From positions 448,001 through 512,000 of the forward strand of contig CAVRUC010000007.1 of the NCBI GenBank assembly GCA_963724295.1: a DNA stretch of 64,000 nucleotides, read 5' to 3'. A program made the translations under genes and the position numbers. The notes below the pieces were generated by a model. That model worked only from the letters and a program-made list of their open reading frames with translations, was not told the DNA's origin and ran no database searches. Below are positions 1-9,960 of the stretch, piece by piece. This DNA comes from an uncultured Chloroflexia bacterium. Lineage in GTDB: Bacteria > Chloroflexota > Chloroflexia > Thermomicrobiales > UBA6265. How positions within the stretch are numbered: the stretch's first letter is position 1; each line of letters opens with the position of its first letter.

Positions 1-257
1 CAGGTATTCGAGACGCACGGATCATCATGCTTGCTGCGGCAGTCGCGATGGTTTGCGCAGGATGTCACGCAGCCGCGATCGGTGCAGAGCTGGTTCTCGG
101 CGCAACCGTCACTGCAGGCTTCCTGACCGGCGACTCCGTCGGGCAACCCGCCCCAGGTTGTCACCCCAATGGCCGCCAACGCTCCCTGCAAGAGCGCCCG
201 GCGATGAGCGAGCGTGGCCAACTGCTTGGTGAGGAGATCGAATCGATGCGGATCCAT
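1..257 (-). CDS. Cys-rich secreted protein with Tat-like signal (3'-truncated by window edge)
   Basis: Own translation of the minus strand from ATG 257: MDPHRFDLLTKQLATLAHRRALLQGALAAIG...EACSDGCAENQLCTDRGCVTSCANHRDCRSKHDDPCVSNT. RR motif, hydrophobic stretch, 7 Cys; AGGGA upstream. Absent from the ORF track because it runs off the edge. Confidence 0.75.
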   Translation of the reverse strand, partial: MDPHRFDLLTKQLATLAHRRALLQGALAAIGVTTWGGLPDGVAGQEACSDGCAENQLCTDRGCVTSCANHRDCRSKHDDPCVSNT

Positions 258-507
258 CAAGTTCCCTGATCAACGCGCCGGGCGAACCGCGAGCAAGCGC
301 GGGCGGCGTCGACGCTCAGTCTAGATGCGCGCTCCACTGTACGTACGGTAACGCTCGCCTGCGCCGGGTCGTTTCGTCCCACCCGGTCCCAGCCGAGTGG
401 ACGCTATATGCAATGAAGCTCCCAACGTGCCATATTCTCTCGGGCGCGCGATATCAGTCGTCGAAGCCAGCTGAGGCATTGCGAGCGACGATGCGGGAGG
501 GGCCAGC

Positions 508-1158
508 ATGCAGATCGAATTCGGCGCACCGGTGTTCGGAGTTGATGGCAAGCGCCTGGGCGAAGTAGACGGGCTGGTAGTCAACGCCGGTACAAAACGC
601 GCAAGCGCGATCCTCGTCGACGCGGGTCTGTTCGATCGCGGCAAGCACATGATCGGCGTCTCCGCCATTACCAGGAGCGACCAGGATGGGTTGCACCTCG
701 ATCAACCGGCAGGGGCGAGCGAAGCGGTGTCGCAGACGCTCGAGTCGGAAGAGGTATCGATCGCCCAGCGCGTGGAACCGCCGACGGAGTACATCCCAGC
801 GGCGGGAGTCGGTGGGCGAGTCTACGCCGACGCCCCGGCCGCGTCCGGGGAATACCCGGACGAAAGCAGCTTCTTCGAGCTGGCCCCGCTCGACCCGCCC
901 GTGGTCGAGGTCGAGTCGAACCTCGGGCAAAACGAAGTCGTGCTGGGCAGCGAGACGCACGCCATCTCCAGCGACCACCAGCGGCTCGGTAACGTGACGG
1001 CCTTCGAGCTCGGCGACATGGGTCTGGTCGAGTCAATCACCGTCTCGGAGGGATTCATCTTCAAGGAGCGACACGCGTTTCCGCTGAACGAGATCGAGGA
1101 GTTTGGAACGGACATGGTCCATCTGCGCCTGACTCAGTCCGCCGCGGAAGCGACCTGA
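508..1158 (+). CDS. PRC-barrel domain protein
   Basis: GAPVFGVDGKRLGEVDGLVV and a second SSDHQRLGNV...ITVSEGFIF repeat, typical of tandem PRC barrels. Confidence 0.7.
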   Translation: MQIEFGAPVFGVDGKRLGEVDGLVVNAGTKRASAILVDAGLFDRGKHMIGVSAITRSDQDGLHLDQPAGASEAVSQTLESEEVSIAQRVEPPTEYIPAAGVGGRVYADAPAASGEYPDESSFFELAPLDPPVVEVESNLGQNEVVLGSETHAISSDHQRLGNVTAFELGDMGLVESITVSEGFIFKERHAFPLNEIEEFGTDMVHLRLTQSAAEAT

Positions 1159-1228
1159 TGCTCGGCCCGAGAGACTGTCACGGCACTTGGAAACTCACCC
1201 GACCCGGTGCTACCCTCGCTCATGGCAG

Positions 1229-1253
1229 CGCGCGCCGGATTGACCGGCGCGCG
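1229..1253. terminator. GC-rich hairpin between the PRC-barrel gene and serA
   Basis: CGCGCGCCGG-ATTGA-CCGGCGCGCG, perfect 10-bp stem; weak U-tract, so function uncertain. Confidence 0.4.
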
Positions 1254-1294
1254 TCATTTGCAATTGGTAAGAGCCCGCAAAGTCGAAGGGTGCG

Positions 1295-3574
1295 ATGACT
1301 GAAGCAGGGCGTTTAAGACTGGCGATCGACCTCGACGGAGTGCTTACCGAACATCCCCGGCCGCTGGCGCAGGCGGCCTCAGCTCGCTTCGGCGTCGAGA
1401 TGCCAGAGAGCGCATTCGTCGACTCGGCGGGACTGAATGTACCGGATCAGGTGCGCGACTGGGTCTACAGCCCGGATGGTCCGGCCGCCAGGCTCCAGCC
1501 CGATCCCCGTGCCGCCGAGTTTCTGCGCCGCGCGATCGCGCTTGTCGGCGCCGAGAACATCGCCATCGTCACGGCGCGCCCCGAACCTTCGGCCGAAATG
1601 ACCAGAACCTGGCTGCGGGAGCACGGATTCCCGGAGTGCCCGATCGTCTTCGCCGATCTCAAAGCGGCCGTTGCCCTTCGTTCCGGTTTCAGTCACGCGG
1701 TCGAGGACAGCCTGCGCCACGCCCGCAACTATGCCGCCGCCGGCGTGCGCTGTTTTCTGGTCAAGGCGGGGGAGCCCGGCGACAAGCTCGACGATCCGAT
1801 GATCGCCGCCGCCGACGACCTCGATGCCCTCTTCGATATCATCGCCGACCACATCGCCCGCGGAAGGCAGGATGCCGTGAACGACACCCTTACCACCAGC
1901 ACCGGCGCGCTCGAGTCTGACGGGGTGGAGACCCGGCCGGTGATCGTCATCAGCGACGCTATTCATCCCGCCGCTCGCGATCGATTGGCAGCCGCGGCAC
2001 GGATCGTCGATGTCGACGGACTCAATGTTCCGGCGCTTCTCGACGCCGTTCGCGATGCCGACGCGCTGGTCGTCCGCAGCGAGACGGAGGTCACGGAAGA
2101 GGTCCTCGCCGCCGGGCGAAACTTGCGGGTTGTCGCTCGCGCCGGCGTGGGTGTCGACAATATCGACCTGAATGCCGCCACCCGGGCGGGCGTGCTGGTC
2201 CTCAATACTCCGGGAGCAAACGCGATCTCCGCGGCGGAGCACACCATCGCCCTGCTGCTCGCCGTCACCCGTCAGCTCGTACCCGCGGATGTCTCCACCC
2301 GCGCCGGGAACTGGCCTCGCAAGCAGATGCGTCCGATAGACCTGCACGGTCGGACCGTGGGCATCGTGGGGCTGGGTAGGGTCGGATCTCAGGTCGCCCG
2401 CCGGCTGCGAGCTTTCGAGATGCGCGTTCTCGCCTACGATCCCTACATCGCCCCGCAGCGCTTCACCGAGCTGGGGGCCGCTCCGGTCGATTTCGAGACG
2501 CTCCTGCAGAGCTCCGACGTGGTGACGTTCCACGTTCCGGAGAACACCGAGACGTTTCACCTGCTGAATCGCGACGCGATCGCCAAGCTCAAGCCGGGAG
2601 CAATCGTGATCAATGCCGCGCGGGGCGGCGTGGTCGACGAAGAGGCGCTGGCCGAGGCGCTGGCGGACGGCAGGATACGCGGCGTAGGAGTCGACGTCTT
2701 CCCGCATGAACCAGCTGTTACCAGTCCCCTCTTCGGCATGCCGGCGGCAGTGGTCACGCCTCACATCGGCGGCTCGAGCGCAGAAGCGCTCACGGCCGTC
2801 GGCGAGGTGATTAGTGTTACGACGCTGGCGGCCCTACGCGGCGAAGCAGTTCCAAATGCGGTCAACTTGCCGGCCGCATCGCTTCATGCGCCGGAGCTGC
2901 AGCGCTTGACGACCGCCTGCGGCGCGGCAGGCCGCCTCCTGGCCGTGCTCGAACCGGATGTTCCGGGCGCGTTCGGCGTCACGGTGCGCGGAGTGGTTCC
3001 CGCGGATGTCGTGGAGCACGTCGTGGCGGCGGCGTTGAGCGAAGCGCTGCAGCGCTGGACGAACGAGCGCATCACGCCGGTCAATGCCCGGTTGCTCGCC
3101 GGGGAGCGCGGCATCCGGGTGCGGGTTGTCAGCGGCGACGCCGATCCTTCGCGATTGCCTGACTTCTCGTTCGAAGTCATCGGGGGCGACGACGGACCAC
3201 TTTCCCACCACGTCACCGTGGTCTGGGATCGCCACGATGCGGCCATCATGGAAGTCGATGGGTTCACGCTCCATAGCCCGCTGGCCGGCGACGTCTTAAT
3301 CACCCACCACCGCGATCAGCCCGGCGTCATCGGATCGGTCGGCACGATCCTCGCTCGCCACGACGTCAACATCGCGGGAATGCAGGTCGGCCGGCATCTT
3401 CCCCGGCGCGGTGGGGAAGCGATCATGGTGCTCAACGTCGACGATGCAATTCCCGCGGAGGCCCTCGGCGAGCTGAAAGGGATTGCCGGCGTCGAAACCG
3501 CGTTCGTCGTCTCCTTGCCCCAGACGTCCCCGCAGCGCCCGCTATTTCCCATTGGCATCGGTGCGCGCCACTGA
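1295..3574 (+). CDS. serA: D-3-phosphoglycerate dehydrogenase (type I, C-terminal ACT) with N-terminal HAD-family phosphatase domain
   Basis: RAGVGVDNID, GIVGLGRVG, INAARGG, TPHIGGS and ACT HRDQPGVIG; the first ~190 aa carry HAD motifs IDLDGV, VTAR and VEDS. Confidence 0.9.
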   Translation: MTEAGRLRLAIDLDGVLTEHPRPLAQAASARFGVEMPESAFVDSAGLNVPDQVRDWVYSPDGPAARLQPDPRAAEFLRRAIALVGAENIAIVTARPEPSAEMTRTWLREHGFPECPIVFADLKAAVALRSGFSHAVEDSLRHARNYAAAGVRCFLVKAGEPGDKLDDPMIAAADDLDALFDIIADHIARGRQDAVNDTLTTSTGALESDGVETRPVIVISDAIHPAARDRLAAAARIVDVDGLNVPALLDAVRDADALVVRSETEVTEEVLAAGRNLRVVARAGVGVDNIDLNAATRAGVLVLNTPGANAISAAEHTIALLLAVTRQLVPADVSTRAGNWPRKQMRPIDLHGRTVGIVGLGRVGSQVARRLRAFEMRVLAYDPYIAPQRFTELGAAPVDFETLLQSSDVVTFHVPENTETFHLLNRDAIAKLKPGAIVINAARGGVVDEEALAEALADGRIRGVGVDVFPHEPAVTSPLFGMPAAVVTPHIGGSSAEALTAVGEVISVTTLAALRGEAVPNAVNLPAASLHAPELQRLTTACGAAGRLLAVLEPDVPGAFGVTVRGVVPADVVEHVVAAALSEALQRWTNERITPVNARLLAGERGIRVRVVSGDADPSRLPDFSFEVIGGDDGPLSHHVTVVWDRHDAAIMEVDGFTLHSPLAGDVLITHHRDQPGVIGSVGTILARHDVNIAGMQVGRHLPRRGGEAIMVLNVDDAIPAEALGELKGIAGVETAFVVSLPQTSPQRPLFPIGIGARH

Positions 3575-4376
3575 GTCTCGCTCCCGCCAACCGAGATCCG
3601 CGTCGTGCGGCGAGAGCGAAGAGCGCATCCACAAACACGTCTTTGGCCATCTGCACGGCGTGGCCCACCTCAGGCACGTCTACCAGCCGAGCGCCTTCGA
3701 TCCGGTTGGCCAGCTCAGCGGTAATGAGTCGTAGCGCGGGGTGGCTCCGCCCGCCCGTATAGAGTCCGACCGGAATATTCCCGGCGAGCCTCGCCAGCGA
3801 CGAGCTCGGATAGGAGCTGGCGAGCTCACCGCGGGCGAAGCGGGTTGCATAGGTATTGAGGCGAGCCCAATCGGGCGTGCCCCGCAGGCGATCGACCATG
3901 CGCTCGCCGCCGATCATCGAGAAGAAGGCTTCCGTCGCCGCCTCATCGCCGATCTCGGCGTGGTGCTCCACGATCCAGCGTCCGCGCCGGTCCATCTCCC
4001 GCACGAGCGGCTCCTCCGGAAGAAGATCGAGCAGTGGCGGCTCGATCAGATGAAGACTCCGCACGAGGTTCGGTCGCGTAACGGCCATCTCGAGCGTAAC
4101 CAGCGCGCCATACGAGTGCCCGACGAGGTGGAACGACGTGATGCCCATTGCAGCCGTCGCGTCAAGCAATGAGTGAGCTTCGTCCGCGATCGAGAAACGT
4201 GCGTCTGGGGCCAGGTCCTCTCCGAACCCCGGCCGATCGATGACCACCATCCGGCGTCGCTTGCCGATCAGCTCACAGGTGGCGCCCCACGACTCGAATC
4301 CGTCGCCGAAATCGCCGTGAACGAGCACCAGCGGACACGTACTACTCGGCACCGCTGACGGCGCTGCGCTACTCAT
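3432..4376 (-). CDS. alpha/beta hydrolase (3' end probably frameshifted near 3600)
   Basis: LVLVHG, GHSYG nucleophile elbow, VGHAV; the tail becomes low-complexity and overlaps serA. Confidence 0.8.
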   Translation of the reverse strand: MSSAAPSAVPSSTCPLVLVHGDFGDGFESWGATCELIGKRRRMVVIDRPGFGEDLAPDARFSIADEAHSLLDATAAMGITSFHLVGHSYGALVTLEMAVTRPNLVRSLHLIEPPLLDLLPEEPLVREMDRRGRWIVEHHAEIGDEAATEAFFSMIGGERMVDRLRGTPDWARLNTYATRFARGELASSYPSSSLARLAGNIPVGLYTGGRSHPALRLITAELANRIEGARLVDVPEVGHAVQMAKDVFVDALFALAARRGSRLAGARLSGAHRCQWEIAGAAGTSGARRRRTRFRRRQSLSARRGPPRELHRRR

Positions 4377-4413
4377 TGGCCGTTTGGTCCCCTCTTCGCT
4401 ACCCACAATGCGC

Positions 4414-4438
4414 TAGAATATCCTACCGACTGGTCGGT
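4414..4438 (+). promoter_or_regulatory. -10 element (TAGAAT) and palindromic TetR-type operator ACCGAC-TG-GTCGGT
   Basis: TAGAAT at 4414-4419; perfect 6-bp inverted repeat at 4425-4438 in the short divergent spacer ahead of the tetR gene. Confidence 0.6.
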
Positions 4439-4460
4439 CGGTTTTTACACTAGGCGAGCG

Positions 4461-5072
4461 ATGACGAACGTTCAGGAGCGAAGTCGGACGCGGCGACAAC
4501 GAGTGCTCGACGCCGCCCTCGAGGTCTTTACCGAGCACGGTTACGGCGACACCGCGGTAGATGAAATTGCCCGTGCCTCGGATACGTCCAAGGGTGGGCT
4601 CTACTTTCATTTCCCAAGCAAGCAAGCCCTCTTCCTCGCCCTCCTGGATGAGGCGAGCGTGGCACTGCTGCACCGCGTCGAAGTCGCGATGGCGGCCGAG
4701 TCCGATCCTCTTCTGCGCGGCGACGCCGCGCTGCGTGAAGTGTTGCACGCCTTCGCGGGGCACCGCCTCCTGGCACGGCTGCTCCTTGTCGAAGCCCTCG
4801 GCGCGGGGAAAGAGTTCAACGCGAAGCTCAATGACCTGCACGCGGCGTTTGCCGCCCTCATCGCCGACTGCCTCGACGCCGCCGTCGCTCAAGGTCAGAT
4901 TCCTCCACTCGACACGCGGGTGGCGGCGCATGCCTGGTACGGCGCCATCAACCATGTCGTCCTGCGCTGGCTGTTGAACGGCGAACCGTCGCGGCTGGAG
5001 GAGACTTATCCGGCACTGCGCTCCCTGCTGTTGTATGGGGTCACGGGCGCCAGCGGGGAGCGGCGGCAATGA
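4461..5072 (+). CDS. TetR/AcrR family transcriptional regulator
   Basis: N-terminal HTH VLDAALEVFTEHGY...DEIARASDTSKGGLYFHFPSKQALF. Confidence 0.92.
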   Translation: MTNVQERSRTRRQRVLDAALEVFTEHGYGDTAVDEIARASDTSKGGLYFHFPSKQALFLALLDEASVALLHRVEVAMAAESDPLLRGDAALREVLHAFAGHRLLARLLLVEALGAGKEFNAKLNDLHAAFAALIADCLDAAVAQGQIPPLDTRVAAHAWYGAINHVVLRWLLNGEPSRLEETYPALRSLLLYGVTGASGERRQ

Positions 5073-5132
5073 CTACCAGCGGTAAGTCTGGAACGACCCC
5101 AGACGAGACGACGCGTCCGCATCGATGACGCC

Positions 5133-6479
5133 GTGGCGCGCGCGCGCCAGCTCGGACGACCCGCGCTCCTGTCCCACGTCGAGCGGCTCCACTTTGCACC
5201 GGATGCAATCGCCTTTTTGGCCGCCAGCTCCGCGGCGCTCGGCTCCGGGACGCTCTGGGAACAACCCGCCGCGGGGATCGCCTTCGCCGGCGCCGGGTCG
5301 GCCCGCGAGTTGCATGCCATGGGATGCGGACGATTTGGCCAGGTCGCGGCTGCGCTGCGGGACCTGCAGTCGGGGCTCGTTCGTGATGACAATGACATCT
5401 TCCCCTGCATTGGCGGTTTCGCCTTTAGCGAGCACAGCTCTGGAGCGCACATCTGGCGGGATTTCCCGAGCGCCAGGCTCGTGATTCCCCAGGTCCTCGT
5501 CCAGTACGACGGTCGCGACACGCTGCTGAGGGTCACGGTCGAGGTCGCGCCGCGATCGTCACCGAGCGATGTCGAACGGCAGATCGACGATCTCTTCCAA
5601 CGCGCTCGCGGTTGGGCCCAGACCGCCCTCGCTCACGAGGCAAGCCAGACTGACGTCCGCGTCGAATCAATCCCCGGGCGATCCGCGTGGGAATCATCAG
5701 TTGCCACCGCGGTGACCTTGATTCGGCAGGGAACGCTCGACAAGGTCGTCCTGGCCCGGGAGGAGCGGCTGCTCGCCGCGAATCCCTTCTCTCCCATTTC
5801 CACGTTGGCGCGGTTGCGGCGGTTCGATTCGGCGGCGACGTTTTTCGCCATGCAATCCGGCGACTCGTGGTTCCTCGGCGCTAGCCCGGAGCGCCTGGTC
5901 CGCCTGCGCGATAACCTGGTCGACGTGACCTGCCTGGCCGGTTCCATCGGCATGGGCCGCGATGAGGAGGAGCGGCGACAACTCGCCGATCAACTGCTCG
6001 GCAGCACGAAGGACCGGGAAGAACACGAGATCGTCGTCCGCTCGACGATGAGCGCCCTGGGCGAGGTCTGTGAAGACGTCACGCGGCTTGCAGGAACGCC
6101 ACGCGTTGCGACCGCGCGTGCCGTGCAGCACCTGGAAACACCCATTTCAGCCCGGATGTCCGAAGCTGGCAGCGTGCTCGATCTCGTCGAGCGGCTGCAT
6201 CCGACGCCCGCGGTCGGCGGTTACCCGAGCGAACGCGCGCTCTCGATCATGCGCGAGCTCGAGGAGATCGATCGCGGCTGGTATGCCGGGCCGTTCGGCT
6301 GGACTGACCTCGACGGGTCGGGCGAATTTGCGGTGGCGCTCCGCTCGGGGCTGCTCTCGGGTCGCATCGCCTCGCTGTTTGCCGGCAGCGGTATCGTGGC
6401 TGATTCCAATCCGCAATCTGAGTACGAGGAAACCTCTCTCAAGCTGCGGCCGATGCTCTCGGCGCTCGGTGCCGCGTGA
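5133..6479 (+). CDS. menF: isochorismate synthase (true start may be ATG 5069 with an indel)
   Basis: KVVLAR, GASPERL, KDREEH, LHPTPAVGG, RGWYAG chorismate-binding fold; first biosynthetic gene of the men cluster. Confidence 0.88.
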   Translation: MARARQLGRPALLSHVERLHFAPDAIAFLAASSAALGSGTLWEQPAAGIAFAGAGSARELHAMGCGRFGQVAAALRDLQSGLVRDDNDIFPCIGGFAFSEHSSGAHIWRDFPSARLVIPQVLVQYDGRDTLLRVTVEVAPRSSPSDVERQIDDLFQRARGWAQTALAHEASQTDVRVESIPGRSAWESSVATAVTLIRQGTLDKVVLAREERLLAANPFSPISTLARLRRFDSAATFFAMQSGDSWFLGASPERLVRLRDNLVDVTCLAGSIGMGRDEEERRQLADQLLGSTKDREEHEIVVRSTMSALGEVCEDVTRLAGTPRVATARAVQHLETPISARMSEAGSVLDLVERLHPTPAVGGYPSERALSIMRELEEIDRGWYAGPFGWTDLDGSGEFAVALRSGLLSGRIASLFAGSGIVADSNPQSEYEETSLKLRPMLSALGAA

Positions 6480-8266
6480 CGCTCGAGTCGGGAGCCGCCA
6501 ACCTCGATCTCGCATCCGCTCTCGTCGATCAGCTCGCCGCGAGTGGGGTGCACCACGCGGTGATCTGCCCCGGTTCGCGCTCGACCCCGATCGCGGTCGC
6601 GCTGGCATCCCATCCGGAAATTCGGACCTGGGTGCTGATCGACGAGCGAGCGGCGGCCTACTTTGCCCTCGGCATGGCGAGACAGCTCGGCGCTCCGGTG
6701 GCCATTCTCAGCACGTCAGGAACCGCCGCGGCGAATTTTCTTCCGGCAGTCGTGGAGGCGGACCTGAGTCGCATCCCGCTCCTCGTCCTGACCGCCGACC
6801 GACCGCCGGAGCTGCGCGACTGGGGCGCGGCGCAGACGATCGACCAGATCCAGCTCTTTGGCAGCCACGTCAAGTGGTTTGTCGACATGCCCGTTCCGGT
6901 TGCTGACGACGCCCTCCTCCGTCACGCGCGAGCGACGGCAGCCCGCGCCGTGCAGACCGCCCGCAGCGACCCGGCCGGCCCGATCCATCTCAATCTCCCG
7001 TTCCGCGAGCCGCTGCTTCCCGCGGACCTCCTGCCATCTCGTCCAACGCGGGCACTATCCGAGTCTGCACGCTACAACGGCCATGCTGCCCTGGGGAACC
7101 CAAGCCAACTGGTTCCCACAGCGGCGGCGCTCGACGAGATTGCGTCCCAGATTGCGCGAGAGCCGCGTGGGATCATCATCTGCGGGCCGGGTGAAGCGCC
7201 GGGTCTCGCCGCCGCGGCCGTCACTCTGAGCGAGGCCAGCGGCTATCCAATCCTGGCCGATCCCCTCAGCGGTGTGCGGTTCGGTCCACACGAGCGGCGA
7301 GGCGTCATCGACGCCTATGACCCCTTTCTCCGCGATCAGGAAACCGCGGAGTCGCTGCAACCCGATTTTGTGATTCGCGTCGGCGCCTTGCCGACCTCCA
7401 AGCCCCTGCAGCAATTCCTGCTAGCTCGCCCCAACAGAGTGCAGGTCGTTATCGACGCCGGCACACCGCGTGATCCGGCACATCTCGCGACGAGCTACAT
7501 CATTGCGGACGCCGCGATCACGCTTGCCAATCTTGCCGGCAGCGTTGCCAATCTTGGCGGATCGGCGGATCGAGGATGGCTCGACGCGTGGAAAGCCGTG
7601 GATCGAGCCACTGGTGCGGCGATCGAATCCGCACTGGCTTGCGAAGAAGCCCCCTTCGAAGGCCGCGCTGTCGCGGAAGTTGCGGCGCTTCTCCCTGAGG
7701 ACGCGACGCTCGTCGTCGGCAACAGCATGCCGATTCGCGACGTCGACGCCTTCGTCCGCGGCGACCGGCGCCGGCTGCGCATCGTGGGCAACCGCGGCGC
7801 GAACGGGATCGACGGCGTCGTCTCGACCGCACTCGGCGCCGCCGCCGTCGCGGATGGCCCGGTCGTTCTGATTGTCGGCGACCTTTCGTTTTTCCACGAT
7901 CTGAATGGCATGTTTGCGGCGGCAAAATTCGGCCTGCACGCCACCGTTGTCGTGCTCAACAACGACGGCGGCGGCATCTTCTCGTTTCTTCCGCAGGCCG
8001 AGCAGCTTGACACAACGACGTTTGAAGCCCTCTTCGGGACGCCCACTGGTCTCGATGTTGCCGCGGCAGCCCGACTCTTCGGGGCATCGCACGTTCGACC
8101 CGGAGCTTGGGACGCCTTCCGGCGCGAGCTCTGTCGCGCCATCCGCGGCCCGGGTCTGTCGGTTGTGGAGCTCGTAACCGATCGCAACCGCAACGTGGCG
8201 CAGCATCGGGCCGTATGGTCCGCTGTCGCCGAGAAGCTGCGGCGCTTCGCCCCGGTTGGTGTATGA
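6476..8266 (+). CDS. menD: SEPHCHC synthase
   Basis: ICPGSRSTP, DERAAAYFALG, TSGTAAAN, TADRPPEL, NRGANGIDG, GDLSFFHD. Confidence 0.96.
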   Translation: MTLESGAANLDLASALVDQLAASGVHHAVICPGSRSTPIAVALASHPEIRTWVLIDERAAAYFALGMARQLGAPVAILSTSGTAAANFLPAVVEADLSRIPLLVLTADRPPELRDWGAAQTIDQIQLFGSHVKWFVDMPVPVADDALLRHARATAARAVQTARSDPAGPIHLNLPFREPLLPADLLPSRPTRALSESARYNGHAALGNPSQLVPTAAALDEIASQIAREPRGIIICGPGEAPGLAAAAVTLSEASGYPILADPLSGVRFGPHERRGVIDAYDPFLRDQETAESLQPDFVIRVGALPTSKPLQQFLLARPNRVQVVIDAGTPRDPAHLATSYIIADAAITLANLAGSVANLGGSADRGWLDAWKAVDRATGAAIESALACEEAPFEGRAVAEVAALLPEDATLVVGNSMPIRDVDAFVRGDRRRLRIVGNRGANGIDGVVSTALGAAAVADGPVVLIVGDLSFFHDLNGMFAAAKFGLHATVVVLNNDGGGIFSFLPQAEQLDTTTFEALFGTPTGLDVAAAARLFGASHVRPGAWDAFRRELCRAIRGPGLSVVELVTDRNRNVAQHRAVWSAVAEKLRRFAPVGV

Positions 8267-8267
8267 G

Positions 8268-9125
8268 ATGAGCATCGTTCGAGTCAACGGTGTCGATTTC
8301 CATGTCGAGGATCGTGGCACCGGTACGCCGCTGGTGCTTTTGCACGGCTTCACGGGCAGCAGTGCGTCATGGTCGCCTGTGATCGACGACCTCGCCAAAA
8401 CCCACCGAATCGTCGCCATCGACATCATTGGTCACGGAGCGTCCGGTGCCCCCGAGGACCCTTCGCGTTACGTTTTCGAGCAGGCGTTGCGTGACCTGGC
8501 CGAGGTCACCGCTCAACTCGGCATCGCGCGAGCTGCCTGGCTCGGCTACTCGATGGGCGGCAGGCTGGCGCTTGGGATGGCCGTCGATCACCCGCAGAGA
8601 GTCTCGTCATTGATCCTGGTCAGCGCCATCGCCGGAATCCAGCATGAGGTAGAGCGACTCCAGCGCGCGGAGGCGGATCAGGAGCTGGCGAGGCGGGTTG
8701 AAGAAACCGGCATCGAGACGTTCGTCCAAGAGTGGGAACGGCTCCCGATCTGGGAGAGCCAGCGCACCCTACCGGCTGAGGTTCTCCAGTTCCAGCGCGA
8801 GATTCGACTTCGTAATCGCGCGGTTGGCCTGGCCAATAGTCTCCGCGGCATGGGTCAGAGTGCGCAGCCATCGTATTGGGACCGGCTGGACGAGATCGAC
8901 GTGCCGGTCCTGCTGATGGCCGGCGCTCTCGATCGCAAGTTCGTCGGAATTGCCGGGCAGATGGGCGTTCGCATCGCGGGAGCCCAGCTCTCGGTCGTCC
9001 CCGACGCCGGGCACGCCGTTCACCTGGAACGCCCCGGCGAGTTTCTCGAAGTTATCCGCGAGTTTCTCGCCCAGTGCGATCCTCCCGGAACCAGCCATAG
9101 CCAGGAGAGAGTCAATTGGACGTGA
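8268..9125 (+). CDS. menH: SHCHC synthase (alpha/beta hydrolase)
   Basis: [25 protein letters not shown]; lies between menD and menB. Confidence 0.9.
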   Translation: MSIVRVNGVDFHVEDRGTGTPLVLLHGFTGSSASWSPVIDDLAKTHRIVAIDIIGHGASGAPEDPSRYVFEQALRDLAEVTAQLGIARAAWLGYSMGGRLALGMAVDHPQRVSSLILVSAIAGIQHEVERLQRAEADQELARRVEETGIETFVQEWERLPIWESQRTLPAEVLQFQREIRLRNRAVGLANSLRGMGQSAQPSYWDRLDEIDVPVLLMAGALDRKFVGIAGQMGVRIAGAQLSVVPDAGHAVHLERPGEFLEVIREFLAQCDPPGTSHSQERVNWT

Positions 9126-9937
9126 ATTGGCAGCGGATAGGGAGCTACGAGGACATCATCTTCGAGAAGAGCGATGACGGCATCGCGCGGGTGACGATCA
9201 ATCGCCCGGAGGTGCGCAACGCGTTTCGTCCGCTGACCGTCACCGAGATGATCGACGCGTTCGCCGACGCCCGCGAAGATCTCGACATCGGCGTGGTGAT
9301 TCTCACCGGCGCCGGGACCCAGGCATTCTGCTCAGGGGGGGATCAGAAGGTCCGTGGTGAAGCCGGCTACGTGGGTGCGGACAAGGTCCCGCGGCTGAAT
9401 GTCCTCGACCTGCAGCACCTCATTCGCTACATCCCCAAGCCGGTGATCGCCGCCGTCGCCGGGTATGCGATCGGTGGCGGTCACGTCCTCCATCTCGTCT
9501 GCGACTTGACGATCGCGGCCGAGAACGCCCGTTTCGGCCAGACCGGGCCGCGCGTCGGCAGTTTCGACGCGGGATATGGCGCCGGCCTCCTGGCGCGGAC
9601 CGTCGGGCAAAAGAAAGCCAAGGAAATCTGGTACCTCTGCCGCCAATATGACGCCCAGGAAGCGCTGGCCATGGGTCTCGTCAACACCGTCGTGCCGGTC
9701 GAAAGCCTGCAAGAGGAAGCGGTAACGTGGGCGCGGGAAATCCTGTCCCACAGTCCGACCGCGATCCGTTTCCTGAAGGCCGCGTTCAATGCCGATACGG
9801 ACGGACTCGCCGGGATCCAGCAGCTTGCCGGAGATGCGACTCGCCTCTTCTACATGACCGACGAGGGCAGCGAGGGCAAGAACGCCTTTCTCGAAAAGCG
9901 AAAGCCTGATTTCTCCAAGTACCCGCGGCTGCCGTAG
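9116..9937 (+). CDS. menB: 1,4-dihydroxy-2-naphthoyl-CoA synthase
   Basis: [31 protein letters not shown]. Confidence 0.97.
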   Translation: MDVNWQRIGSYEDIIFEKSDDGIARVTINRPEVRNAFRPLTVTEMIDAFADAREDLDIGVVILTGAGTQAFCSGGDQKVRGEAGYVGADKVPRLNVLDLQHLIRYIPKPVIAAVAGYAIGGGHVLHLVCDLTIAAENARFGQTGPRVGSFDAGYGAGLLARTVGQKKAKEIWYLCRQYDAQEALAMGLVNTVVPVESLQEEAVTWAREILSHSPTAIRFLKAAFNADTDGLAGIQQLAGDATRLFYMTDEGSEGKNAFLEKRKPDFSKYPRLP

Positions 9938-9960
9938 CCCCCGAAAGTCGTGGCAATCGG

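Noticed and set aside
27..269. 80-aa plus-strand ORF
   Set aside because: Shadow of the minus-strand Cys-rich Tat-type gene.
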